Below are positions 38,508 to 48,062 of a DNA stretch of 64,000 nucleotides, piece by piece; position 1 is the stretch's first letter, and every line of letters starts with the position of its first letter. The stretch is taken from positions 480,001 to 544,000 of the forward strand of contig CAVQEQ010000001.1 in assembly GCA_963711565.1 (NCBI GenBank), written 5' to 3'. The stretch comes from an uncultured delta proteobacterium. GTDB lineage: Bacteria > Desulfobacterota > Binatia > Binatales > Binataceae. The translations under genes and the position numbers were made by a program. The notes beneath the pieces were generated by a model. The model searched no databases. It was not told the origin of the DNA and worked only from the letters and a program-made list of their open reading frames with translations.

Positions 38508-38888
38508 ATGGCAGATGCGATCACTAATTCAGACGCGATCGATCCCGCGATCATAAATTGCTATCACGCCCACATCTACTACGACGATACGTCGCGCGAC
38601 ACGGCCGCGCACCTGCGTGAAGCCATCGCGCGCAGCTTCAAAGTAGAAATGGGTCGATGGCGTGATGCGCCGGTCGGCCCGCATCCGCAATCGATGTATC
38701 AGGTGAAATTCAACCCTGAAGAATTCGCCAAAATAGTCCCATGGCTGATGCTCAACCGCGCCGGCCTCAACATCCTCGTCCATCCGGAAACCACCGACGC
38801 CTACACCGATCACGCAGTCAACGCGCTATGGCTCGGCGAGAAGCTGAAGCTGCGTCTGGAAATCCTCCGCAACCTGAAGAATGCTTAG
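38508..38888 (+). CDS. DOPA 4,5-dioxygenase family protein
   Basis: YHAHIYY, VGPHP, WLMLNR, LVHP and DH..ALWLG. Confidence 0.88.
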   Translation: MADAITNSDAIDPAIINCYHAHIYYDDTSRDTAAHLREAIARSFKVEMGRWRDAPVGPHPQSMYQVKFNPEEFAKIVPWLMLNRAGLNILVHPETTDAYTDHAVNALWLGEKLKLRLEILRNLKNA

Positions 38889-38933
38889 CGTGGTGTTTAT
38901 GGAACTTGACCTCACAAACGACAGCGTTCGACG

Positions 38934-39890
38934 ATGACGCTGCCACGGCTCGAACAAATCGAAGAAACGGCGCGATTAATCGCAACTGCGATGAAGCCAA
39001 CCCCGGAGATTTGCTGGGCCACGCTCTCCAGACGGTGCGACGCCGAAGTCTGGGTAAAACACGAAAACCACACGCCGATCGGTGCCTTCAAGATCCGGGG
39101 CGGACTGGTCTACATCCATAACTTGATACACGGGAAACAGCCGCCAGCCGGAATCATAGCGGCGACGCGGGGAAATCACGGCCAAAGCATCGCATATGCA
39201 GCCCGACGTTACGCACTGGAAACGACGATCGTGGTTCCGCACGGCAACAGCGCCGAGACGAACTTCGCGATGCAGGCGCTTGGAGCGAACCTCTTGGTCC
39301 ACGGCCATGACTTCCAGGCGGCGCTCGAATATGCGACCTCACAGGCGGCGGTGCGAAAACTGGCGATGATACCTTCGTTTCATGAGCTGCTCGTTCGCGG
39401 AGTCGCCACATGCGGCCTTGAGTTCCTGCGCGGGGCACCGAATCTTGAGACTGTCTATGTGCCTGTCGGGCTGGGCTCAGGGATTTGTGCGATGATCGCT
39501 GCGCGCGAAGCCTTGGGCAGGACGACCAAAGTCGTCGGCGTAGTTGCGGAAAATGCTCCGGCGTATGCTCTCTCGTACCGAGCAGGAAAGCCAATAGCCA
39601 CCGAGTCGGCGACAACGATCGCGGACGGTGTCGCATGTCGAGTGCCCGATATGCAGGCAGTCGAGATCATCAACCGGTACGCAGAGCGAATTGTAGAGGT
39701 GTCCGAGGCCGAAATTCGAGCGGCGATGCGTCACTACTTCACGGATACGCATAACGTGGCCGAGGGCGCAGGCGCCGTTCCTCTTGCTGCACTACTGAAA
39801 GAGTCCGAGGCAACCCGAGGGCGCCGTGTGGGTCTGGTTCTGACGGGAGGTAACGTCGATCGTACGGTCTTCGCGCAGATCCTCCGCTGA
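38934..39890 (+). CDS. Threonine/serine dehydratase-like PLP enzyme (no ACT domain)
   Basis: KHEN..GAFKIRG, ATRGNHG, PVGLGSG, AEGAGA and LTGGN. Confidence 0.9.
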   Translation: MTLPRLEQIEETARLIATAMKPTPEICWATLSRRCDAEVWVKHENHTPIGAFKIRGGLVYIHNLIHGKQPPAGIIAATRGNHGQSIAYAARRYALETTIVVPHGNSAETNFAMQALGANLLVHGHDFQAALEYATSQAAVRKLAMIPSFHELLVRGVATCGLEFLRGAPNLETVYVPVGLGSGICAMIAAREALGRTTKVVGVVAENAPAYALSYRAGKPIATESATTIADGVACRVPDMQAVEIINRYAERIVEVSEAEIRAAMRHYFTDTHNVAEGAGAVPLAALLKESEATRGRRVGLVLTGGNVDRTVFAQILR

Positions 39891-39991
39891 GATGAGCCGT
39901 AGCGAGATCCGCCAAAGCCGCAGCTTTGCGGACGGAGTCCGCTGGCTAAAGGTGAGAGCGGCGCTCAGGGCGTCCGGGTGTGGGTGGGCTG

Positions 39992-40093
39992 ATGGCCAAG
40001 TTTGCCAGTGTGCTCTTTGACCCCGATGGTACGCTCATCGACCCCCGTGAAGGTATCGCTGGTACCATCCAATTCGAAATCTTTCGCACTTAA
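39992..40093 (+). pseudogene. N-terminal remnant of a HAD-family phosphatase
   Basis: Manual translation MAKFASVLFDPDGTLIDPREGIAGTIQFEIFRT* contains HAD motif I (DxDGT) and then stops. Confidence 0.65.
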
Positions 40094-40094
40094 G

Positions 40095-40640
40095 ATGAAG
40101 ACGCGCCGCATTCACATCATGGGAGCCTCCGGTGCCGGCGTCACCAGTCTCGGCCGCGCCCTGGCCGATGCGCTCTCGAATTCCCATCACGACACCGACG
40201 ACTACTTCTGGAAGCCGACCAATCCGCCTTATATCCAGCAGCGCGAGCCCGCGGAACGTCTGCACCTGATGCGGGAAGTCTTTCTGGAACGCTCGGATTG
40301 GGTCCTGAGCGGATCGCTCGACGGCTGGGGCGATTCGATCATTCCGTACCTCGACCTCGCGGTGTTCGTGTACACGCCGACCGCGATTCGTCTCGAACGC
40401 TTGGGCGCCCGCGAGCTGAAGCGCTTCGGCGCGGATGCGGCGCCCGGCGGCGCGATCCACAAAGAGGTGATGGAGTTCATCGAATGGGCATCGCACTACG
40501 ACGACGGCACTCGCGAGGGCCGCAACCTCGCCCGCCACCAGTCATGGCTCGCGACACTACCGTGCCCGGTCCTCCGCCTCGACGGCACCAGACCGTTGCA
40601 GGAACTGGTAAACGAAGTCTGTCGCGCAATTGAGCGGTAG
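40095..40640 (+). CDS. P-loop nucleoside monophosphate kinase-like protein (AAA_17/FlaR-like)
   Basis: GASGAGVT P-loop, DTDDYFW, WVLSGS and RLDG. Confidence 0.8.
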   Translation: MKTRRIHIMGASGAGVTSLGRALADALSNSHHDTDDYFWKPTNPPYIQQREPAERLHLMREVFLERSDWVLSGSLDGWGDSIIPYLDLAVFVYTPTAIRLERLGARELKRFGADAAPGGAIHKEVMEFIEWASHYDDGTREGRNLARHQSWLATLPCPVLRLDGTRPLQELVNEVCRAIER

Positions 40641-40657
40641 ACTAGAGTCAGGACTCA

Positions 40658-41329
40658 TTGACCGATCCAAAAGATAACCGTTGCACCATTACCGCCTTTG
40701 AACGGTCACCCGATCGCGGTAAGGGACTGGCGCGTGATACGCGCGTTCGCTGGGCGCTTGAAGAAGTGGACCAACCCTACCAGGTTCGCCTTGTTTCGTT
40801 CCGTGCGACGAAGGAACCCGCGCATCGGGCGCTTCATCCTTTCGGCCAGATTCCGACCTATGAGGAAGGCGATCTCGCCCTGTTCGAGACAGGAGCGATC
40901 GTGTTCCATATCGCCGAGCGCCATCCGGGCCTGCTGCCGGACGATGCCAATGCCCGGGCGCGCGCGATCACCTGGATGTTTGCCGCGCTCAACACGGTGG
41001 AGCCGCCGATCCTTGAACGCGAAACCGCCAAGCTCCTGGAGGGCGACAAGACCTGGTATCAGGAGCGCCTGCCTCTGGTCGAGGATCGCGTCCGCGACCG
41101 GCTCAATCAACTTTCCGGTCGCCTGGGCGATGCCGACTGGCTCGATGGTGCGTTCAGCGCGGGCGACCTGATGATGGTGTCGGTGCTGCTCAGGTTGAAA
41201 TCATCGGGCATTCTGGACGAATATCCGAACCTGGCCGCCTATGTCGCCCGCGGCGAAGCGCGACCCGCCTACCAGCGGGCTTTCGACGCTCAATTGGCGG
41301 TTTACACCGGCAAGCCACCGACCGGCTGA
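40658..41329 (+). CDS. Glutathione S-transferase family protein
   Basis: RVRWALEE, HPFGQIP, LFETGAI and FSAGDL. Confidence 0.92.
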   Translation: MTDPKDNRCTITAFERSPDRGKGLARDTRVRWALEEVDQPYQVRLVSFRATKEPAHRALHPFGQIPTYEEGDLALFETGAIVFHIAERHPGLLPDDANARARAITWMFAALNTVEPPILERETAKLLEGDKTWYQERLPLVEDRVRDRLNQLSGRLGDADWLDGAFSAGDLMMVSVLLRLKSSGILDEYPNLAAYVARGEARPAYQRAFDAQLAVYTGKPPTG

Positions 41330-41549
41330 TTGAGGTCCGTCCTGGGCTCGAAGTCGTCCTCCGAGTTTTTCGTTCAGTTTACAGCCTGCTCTTCCAGAGA
41401 TTCTCACTGCTCTGCGAAAGGATCATCGATGCTCGCGATCTCGCGCCCGGTGGTCCCGAAATCGGAAATTTTTTTCTCGATAGACGCTTTTGTGACAAGC
41501 AAGAGTCTCGAAGTAAATACGGTCATCGGATTCGAATTCCGCCGAAGAC

Positions 41550-41984
41550 TCAAATCGTCTGTGACAGCTCCACCGTCACGCCCTCCGGTCCTTCGACGAA
41601 CACCAGCTTGCGCGCGCGAAAGTCCATCACGTCGTTTCGCGTCCGGTACCCGCTCGCCCTCAGCCTCGCGACCTCGGCCTCAATGTCGTCAACCGCAAAG
41701 CAGATGTGGTTCATGCCGAGCTTGCTCAGATTGCGGATAAGCGGATCAGGAACAGGCTCAGGATGCCGATAGTGCAGCAGTTGGATCTCGGTTCGCGGCG
41801 ACACGTTCGGCAGGAACAGCGTGATATGGTCGGCCTCGATACCCTCGACGCCCATGTAGCCGACGAACGGCTCTCCCCGGATCACGACGGAACTCGCCTC
41901 GATGAACCCGAGGGTTGCGAAGAACGCCTTAGCGCTATCGACATCGCGCACGACGATCGTCAGATGGTCAAAATTTTTCACCAT
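41550..41984 (-). CDS. VOC/glyoxalase family protein
   Basis: DHLTIVV, NHICFAVDD and GPEGVTVEL. Confidence 0.88.
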   Translation of the reverse strand: MVKNFDHLTIVVRDVDSAKAFFATLGFIEASSVVIRGEPFVGYMGVEGIEADHITLFLPNVSPRTEIQLLHYRHPEPVPDPLIRNLSKLGMNHICFAVDDIEAEVARLRASGYRTRNDVMDFRARKLVFVEGPEGVTVELSQTI

Positions 41985-42078
41985 TTCCGGATCTCCTGTC
42001 GTCTAGACCGAACCCGTCGGTTGGAAAATCATTGCTGAACTTCCACCCTGAGACGATAGTCTGGTAAGCGAGTAATCT

Positions 42079-43149
42079 ATGACTTCAAATCTCTACACCG
42101 ACCCCGCGCTCGCGAGCGCGCTCGAGCGAGGCGACACTCTTCCCGCCCGGTGGTACGTCGATAGTCAAATATTGGACTATGAGAAAGACCGTATTTTCCA
42201 TCGCACCTGGCAGTACGTCGGACATACCGGACAGGTGTCGACCGCCGGCGATTTCTTCACAACCAATCTCGGCGATCTGCCGGTCGTTGTCGTTCGAGAC
42301 ACCGGCGGAGCGATTCGCGCGTTCGCCAACGTATGCCGTCATCGCGGGAGCGAGGTCGTCCTCGAATGCGCCGGCAATCGCAAGACGCTGCAGTGCCACT
42401 ATCACGGATGGACCTACAACCTCGACGGCACGCTCCGCACCGCGCCGCGCGAAAATGAGCAGGACACATTCGCGAAGGAGACGCTCGCGCTCGCGCCGTT
42501 CGCGGTCGAGACCTGGGGACCGCTGATTTTCGTCAACCCTGCTCCGACCGCCGGTCCGTTGCGCGACGTGCTCGGCGAATTGCCGGCGATCTTCGAGCGC
42601 GCGGGAATCAATTTCACGCGGATGCGGATGCTGCGGCGCGACGTTTATGAAATTGCCTCGAACTGGAAAATCGTCGTCGAGAATTTCAACGAATGCTACC
42701 ACTGTCCGATCGCGCATCCGAAATTCTCAGAAGTGATCGACACCAACGCTTACCGCGTCGACACCGATCACGAATATTTCTCGACCTACTACGGTCCGAT
42801 CCTCGGATCGCCCGGCAATGGGGTCAACTACGCCACGCTGTGGCCGAACGTGTTGTTCTCGCTCTACGGCAATCCACCGAACCTCCAGGCGATCTCCGTC
42901 GTGCCGATCGATGCGGGACATACTCGGCAAGTCGTTAACTACTTCTTCGCCGCCGATGCGAGCGAAGCGCAGATCCGTAACGATGTGGAATTCAGCGACC
43001 TCGTCACACGGGAAGACATCGTGTTGTGCGAATCCGTGCAGCGCGGCCTGCGCTCAGGCGCAATCGAACACGGCAAGCTGATGCTGTCGCGCGAACGCGG
43101 CATCCAGCACTTCCAGAAACTCGTCTACCGCTTCCTGAGCGCCGAGTGA
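42079..43149 (+). CDS. Rieske non-heme iron oxygenase alpha subunit (choline monooxygenase-like)
   Basis: CRHRG..CHYHGW Rieske motif, NWK..ENFNECYHC..H and ED..CESVQ. Confidence 0.92.
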   Translation: MTSNLYTDPALASALERGDTLPARWYVDSQILDYEKDRIFHRTWQYVGHTGQVSTAGDFFTTNLGDLPVVVVRDTGGAIRAFANVCRHRGSEVVLECAGNRKTLQCHYHGWTYNLDGTLRTAPRENEQDTFAKETLALAPFAVETWGPLIFVNPAPTAGPLRDVLGELPAIFERAGINFTRMRMLRRDVYEIASNWKIVVENFNECYHCPIAHPKFSEVIDTNAYRVDTDHEYFSTYYGPILGSPGNGVNYATLWPNVLFSLYGNPPNLQAISVVPIDAGHTRQVVNYFFAADASEAQIRNDVEFSDLVTREDIVLCESVQRGLRSGAIEHGKLMLSRERGIQHFQKLVYRFLSAE

Positions 43150-43165
43150 CCGTCAGCTCGGTCGA

Positions 43166-43966
43166 ATGAGCCGCCCCGGCGCAGAATTGAAGTTCGCGGA
43201 GATCGAAGCACGGCTCGGCGGTCGTCTGGGTGTCGCCGCCCTTGATACTGGCAGCGGCAAACAATTGTCCTATCGCAGGGACGAACGATTCGCGATGTGC
43301 TCAACTTTCAAATCGCTACTGGTAGCTAATGTACTGAGTCATGTTGAGAAAGGATGGCTGTCTCTGGATCAGCGCGTTCCGTATTCTATCGCCGATCTGA
43401 TCGAGCATTCTCCGTTCATGCGGGATCACCTTGCCGAAGGAAGTGTGCCGGTTGCCGATCTCTGTGGCGCAACCATAGAAATCAGCGACAATACGGCGGC
43501 GAACCTCCTGCTGAGTCTGATTGGCGGACCTCCGGGCCTAACCGATTATCTGCGTAGGTTGGGCGATCCTATAACCCGGCTGGACCGCACCGAATTGAGC
43601 CTCAATAGCAACATTCGGGGAGATGATCGCGATACGACAACACCCGATGCGATGATCAGGACCATGAGCAAGATCCTTGTCGGCGATGTCTTATCGCCGG
43701 GTGCGCGTACCCGGCTCGTAAATTGGATGAAGAATTGCCGGACGGGATTTAGTCGCCTTCGCGCCGGGCTGCCACAGGATTGGATCGTAGGCGATAAAAC
43801 CGGAACCGGCAGCAACGGGGCCGCCAACGATACCGCGATCCTTTGGCCTCCCGGGCGTGCACCAATCATGGTCGCGGCCTATTTGAGCGAATCCGCCAAT
43901 CCACCCGAAGATCTCAACGCAGCACACGCGAAAATCGGCAGCATCGTCGCTGCCGTTTTCGCGTGA
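43166..43966 (+). CDS. bla: Class A serine beta-lactamase without a signal peptide
   Basis: FAMCSTFK, SDN, LDRTE.SLN (Glu166 equivalent), DTTTP and DKTG. Confidence 0.9.
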   Translation: MSRPGAELKFAEIEARLGGRLGVAALDTGSGKQLSYRRDERFAMCSTFKSLLVANVLSHVEKGWLSLDQRVPYSIADLIEHSPFMRDHLAEGSVPVADLCGATIEISDNTAANLLLSLIGGPPGLTDYLRRLGDPITRLDRTELSLNSNIRGDDRDTTTPDAMIRTMSKILVGDVLSPGARTRLVNWMKNCRTGFSRLRAGLPQDWIVGDKTGTGSNGAANDTAILWPPGRAPIMVAAYLSESANPPEDLNAAHAKIGSIVAAVFA

Positions 43967-43983
43967 TCAGCTCAAGAAATCCG

Positions 43984-45224
43984 CTATGCGCCGAACTGTT
44001 TGCGGACGGCTGCGAATGCATCCTCTGTGACGTTCAGGGTCTGCTCGATGTCGCGATCGGTGTGCGCGGCCGAGATGAACCAGTTGTGGCGCGGCGCGAA
44101 ATAGACACCGCTGCGAGAGCATGCGCCCGCGAAAACCTTCGCGCGATCGAAATGCCCGGCGTCGGCCTTGAACGTCATGTACGGAATCGCCGGCGGCCCC
44201 GAGTACGTCACCTCGATTCCGGCGCTGCGCGCTTGCACGAGCAGTCCTGCGCGCAGCTTCTCGCCGCTCGCGCGCATCCGCTCTATTCCGCCGCTCGCCT
44301 GTAGCTCCTTGAGGTTCGCCAGGCTCGCCGCCATCGGCACGGCGCTGGTGAAGTACGATCCCGTGAAGAATACTTCCTGCGCCGCCTGTTTCAGGCTGTC
44401 GCGCCCAAGACACGCGGCGAGCGGATAGCCGTTGGCGATAGCCTTGCAGTAGGTCGTCAGGTCCGGGCGCACTCCGAACAACTCGCCCGAGCCGCCCATG
44501 TGCAGGCGGAAGCCCGCGCGCACGTCGTCGAGGATGAGCACGACGCCGTTGTCGTCGCAGACTTTGCGCACGCCCGACAGGAATCCTTCGACCGGCAGTT
44601 CCGAGTCATGCCCCGCGTCGTGCTTGAACGGCGAGATGATCACGCCTGCGATCTTGCCGCTGTTCTCCTCGACCGTGCGGCGGAGGCTCTCGAGATCGTT
44701 GAATCGAAAATAAACCACGTTCGCGCGATCTTCCGGCATCACTCCGCTGGGCGCCGGACTGCACCACGCATGGGTGCCGTGATACGCGCCCGAGCACATC
44801 GCGATCTTTGGGCGCCCCGTCGCATGGCGCGCGACTTCAGTCGCCCACGTGCACACGTCGGAACCGTTTTTCGCGAACACCGTCCAGTCGGCGCACGGCG
44901 TGATGGACACAAGATGCTCCGCGAGCTCGACCCATACCGGCCCCGGCGCGTTGAAGCAGTTGCCAAGATCCATCTGACGCCGCGCCGCTTCCTCGACCTT
45001 GGGATGCCGATGGCCGAGCACGATCGGGCCGTACGAGCACATGTAGTCGATGTACTCGTTGCCATCAACGTCCCAGATGTGCGAGCCCTCGCCGCGCGCG
45101 AAGAACGACGGGTAGGCGCCCTGGTGAGGACCAGCGGCGTCTGATGTCCGTAGATACCGCCGGGAACAACTTTCTTCGCGCGCTCCATCAGCGCGTCACT
45201 ATGCTCAAATGTGTAGGGTTTCAC
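43984..45224 (-). CDS. Class III aminotransferase (glutamate-1-semialdehyde aminomutase-like), frameshifted near 45120
   Basis: GTG 45224 with AGGAG RBS; VVPGG, WDVDGNEYID, DDVRAGFR and CKAIANG. One extra G in the CCC at 45119-45121 restores LTRGAYPSFF. Confidence 0.85.
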
Positions 45225-45389
45225 GGCAACTCCTGTGCGGTGATTACCGCCGCAATGCTGTCCGCGCACGTTGGCGGGCGGACCGTCAGCGAGAATCCTA
45301 TTTGCAGGCGCGAGCGTCAAGTCTGGAAAAGCGAACGGGCCGTGAGTCGTACAACTCACGGCCCGCATCAGTATGCGATCGATCTTGAT

Positions 45390-45872
45390 CTAGTGGCGAT
45401 ACGCCGGGTCGTCCGGCCGCTGCGACAGCGGCAGCGCGCCGACGCGTACCAGCTCGTCGCGCAGTTTGGCGCGCGAGAGCGGCTTGCATAGAACGGCGGA
45501 CGCGCCGAGCTGATAGCTCTCGGCGATATCGCGGTCGTATAGCGAGCTGGTGATCACGAACATCGGCACCGTCGTAAGCGCCTCATTCGACTTCGCCGCC
45601 TGCAACACGGAGAAGCCGCCGTTGTCGGGCAGGCGTAAATCGACCAGGAACAAATCCGGTCGGTCGTGCTCGGTGAACTGCGCAATCATCAGGAGCGCCT
45701 CGTCCGCATTTGAGGCATGCACCAATTCGATATCGTCGCCCAGCACCTGCCTAACCACGGTGAGCGCGATAAAAACGTGGTCCGGATTGTCTTCGACTAG
45801 AAAAATCCTGACCGCCGGACTCAAAATATTGAGTTCTTTGTCTTGCTCTTTTTCCTTATCTTGGTCGCTCAT
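45390..45872 (-). CDS. Single-domain response regulator (Rcp1-like)
   Basis: LVEDN, PDLFLVDLRLP, ITSS and LCKP. Confidence 0.9.
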   Translation of the reverse strand: MSDQDKEKEQDKELNILSPAVRIFLVEDNPDHVFIALTVVRQVLGDDIELVHASNADEALLMIAQFTEHDRPDLFLVDLRLPDNGGFSVLQAAKSNEALTTVPMFVITSSLYDRDIAESYQLGASAVLCKPLSRAKLRDELVRVGALPLSQRPDDPAYRH

Positions 45873-46293
45873 AGTCCCCCATCGCCTGACGAAATCCGGG
45901 CCCTACGGATTTCATAACATGGTTAACCGAAGTTGTCTGAACGAAACCGGGTGAAATCTCCGATCGATTATGATCCAATTGCCGTGCCATTTCCTCGGGG
46001 TCCTGCTCGGAGTCATGGCATGACGAGGAACAATACTCCTACCTGACGTATGATGTTGCGAGGGCGATTGAGACCCTCGATAAGCTGCAAATCCCGGATT
46101 TGGACGTTGAATATAGGTTCCATTCCGCACACGCTCGCGAATTCTCGGCTCAGTCAATGTCCCGCAACGAGTTGCCTGTGGCAATTCTGCTACACCAGTT
46201 GCTGCGACTGTGCCACCCAGAGACATAGTGCTAAAGATGGAGGCTGCAAATTGAGTCGCCGACCCCATCCCGGGGAGGGAAAGGATCGCACCG

Positions 46294-48054
46294 TTGGGAA
46301 TTTTGCCGAACGTCCTCGAATCGAAGTTCTTTAAACATCCGTTACTGCGAAAATACACCGCCCTCGTCAGCGAAGACCTGACGGCAACGTACTCGCGCGA
46401 CATCCAGAAATGGCTGCTCGTCGCGCCTATCATCGGTATCCTGACCGGCCTTATAATCACCGGCATCGCCGTGCTGGTTCTCGATGTGATCTGGGCAGCA
46501 CTACTTCCCTACTACCTTAACCATCATTGGGCAATCGTGGTCGGACTCGTCGCGGGCTTCTTTGTGACCGGCCTGATAATGCAGTTTTGCACGCCCGACC
46601 CCGACGAGCACTCGACCGAGGAGATCGTCCGCTCGTACCACGAGCATCAGGGCGACATCGACATCGGGCCATTCTGGTGGAAGCTGCTCGCCGCAGTGAC
46701 CACCGTCGGCTCAGGCGGCAGCGCTGCGCTCGAAGGGCCGAGCATATACAGCGGCGGCGCGATTGGATCCTGGCTATGGACCAGGCTGCGGCGTTTTGGG
46801 CTCGAGGCGCGCGACCGCCGTATCATGTTGATCAGCGGCGCCGCGGCTGGAATGTCGGCCGTCTTCCGGGCGCCGCTCACCGGCATCGTGTTCGCGCTCG
46901 AGATGCCGTACAAGGACGACCTCGCGCACGAAGCGTTGCTGCCGTCGCTGATCGCGTCGGTGGTCGCTTACGCCACGCTCGTATCTATCGTCGGCGCGCA
47001 GCCACTGTTCGGTTTCGAGGGCAGCACCAGCTTCCGCGCAAGGGACATCTGGTGGTCGGCGCTGCTCGGCGCCGGCATCGGGCTCATCGCGATCGTCTTC
47101 GACATCACGTTTCGCCGCGTGCGCCGATTCTCCATCACCAGCAGGTTACCGCACTGGCTGAAGCTAACGATCGGCGGACTCGGCACCGCGCTATGCGGCC
47201 TCGCGTTCGTGACGATTTACAACGGGCCGCTCATTCCGATCGGTCCCAACTACGAAGCTGTGCGCTACGTACTCGCGCATCCGATTCCGACCGAGGTGCT
47301 GCTCGCGTTCGTCGCGTTGAAACTGCTCGCGACGATTTTCACGCTCGGCTCGGGCGGCGTGAGCGCGATGTTCGTACCGCTGTTGCTCGTCGGCGGCGCA
47401 TTAGGCAACGCCTTCGCGCAATCCGTGGTTCACTCGCCGACGCACGATCTGTACGCGGCAGTCGGGATGGCGGCGTTCATCGCGGCCGGCTACAAAGCTC
47501 CGCTTACGGCCGTGGTCTTTGTCGCGGAAACGACCGGCGGCCATTCCTACATCATCCCGAGCCTGATCGGCGCCGCTGTCGCCTATGCAATTTCAGGAGA
47601 GGCGTCGGTCTCCGGCGACCAGCATCTTCATGAAATGGTCAAACTCGCGGAGCTGTCCGGGATGACAGTGCGCGACGTGATCCAGCGCAGTGTCGTTTCG
47701 GTGCAAGCGACCTCAACGATTCGCGAGTTCGTCGCGAGCGTCGTGGGGCATTGCCGTCACACAATCTTTCCGGTGTACGAAGGCGACAAAGTGGTGGGAA
47801 CGATTTCTGTATCCGATTCCAGCCGAGTCGCCCCGGAGGATTGGGACAAAACCACCGTCGGCGAGTTCGCGGACCGCGACGCAATTCGCGTGATGGAGGA
47901 CTGCGATCTCAGCGAGGCATTGCGATTGCTGGTGCGCGAGCGCGGCTCGCAGATGCTGTTGGTCACGGACAGTGCCGGCGCTTTGCAAGGAATCGTAACC
48001 AAGACCGATATTCTCCGAGCAGTGCGGATGGCGTCAGATACGCCGCTGGGCTGA
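46294..48054 (+). CDS. CLC-family channel/transporter with a CBS pair
   Basis: GGSAALEGP, GAAAG..FRAPL..FALE, APLT..E and C-terminal CBS repeats. Confidence 0.92.
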   Translation: MGILPNVLESKFFKHPLLRKYTALVSEDLTATYSRDIQKWLLVAPIIGILTGLIITGIAVLVLDVIWAALLPYYLNHHWAIVVGLVAGFFVTGLIMQFCTPDPDEHSTEEIVRSYHEHQGDIDIGPFWWKLLAAVTTVGSGGSAALEGPSIYSGGAIGSWLWTRLRRFGLEARDRRIMLISGAAAGMSAVFRAPLTGIVFALEMPYKDDLAHEALLPSLIASVVAYATLVSIVGAQPLFGFEGSTSFRARDIWWSALLGAGIGLIAIVFDITFRRVRRFSITSRLPHWLKLTIGGLGTALCGLAFVTIYNGPLIPIGPNYEAVRYVLAHPIPTEVLLAFVALKLLATIFTLGSGGVSAMFVPLLLVGGALGNAFAQSVVHSPTHDLYAAVGMAAFIAAGYKAPLTAVVFVAETTGGHSYIIPSLIGAAVAYAISGEASVSGDQHLHEMVKLAELSGMTVRDVIQRSVVSVQATSTIREFVASVVGHCRHTIFPVYEGDKVVGTISVSDSSRVAPEDWDKTTVGEFADRDAIRVMEDCDLSEALRLLVRERGSQMLLVTDSAGALQGIVTKTDILRAVRMASDTPLG

Positions 48055-48062
48055 CGCGCAGT

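Noticed and set aside
45873-46293. Fluoride or other riboswitch upstream of the CLC gene
   Set aside because: No matching consensus was found by eye; an Rfam/Infernal scan would be needed to exclude an RNA element.
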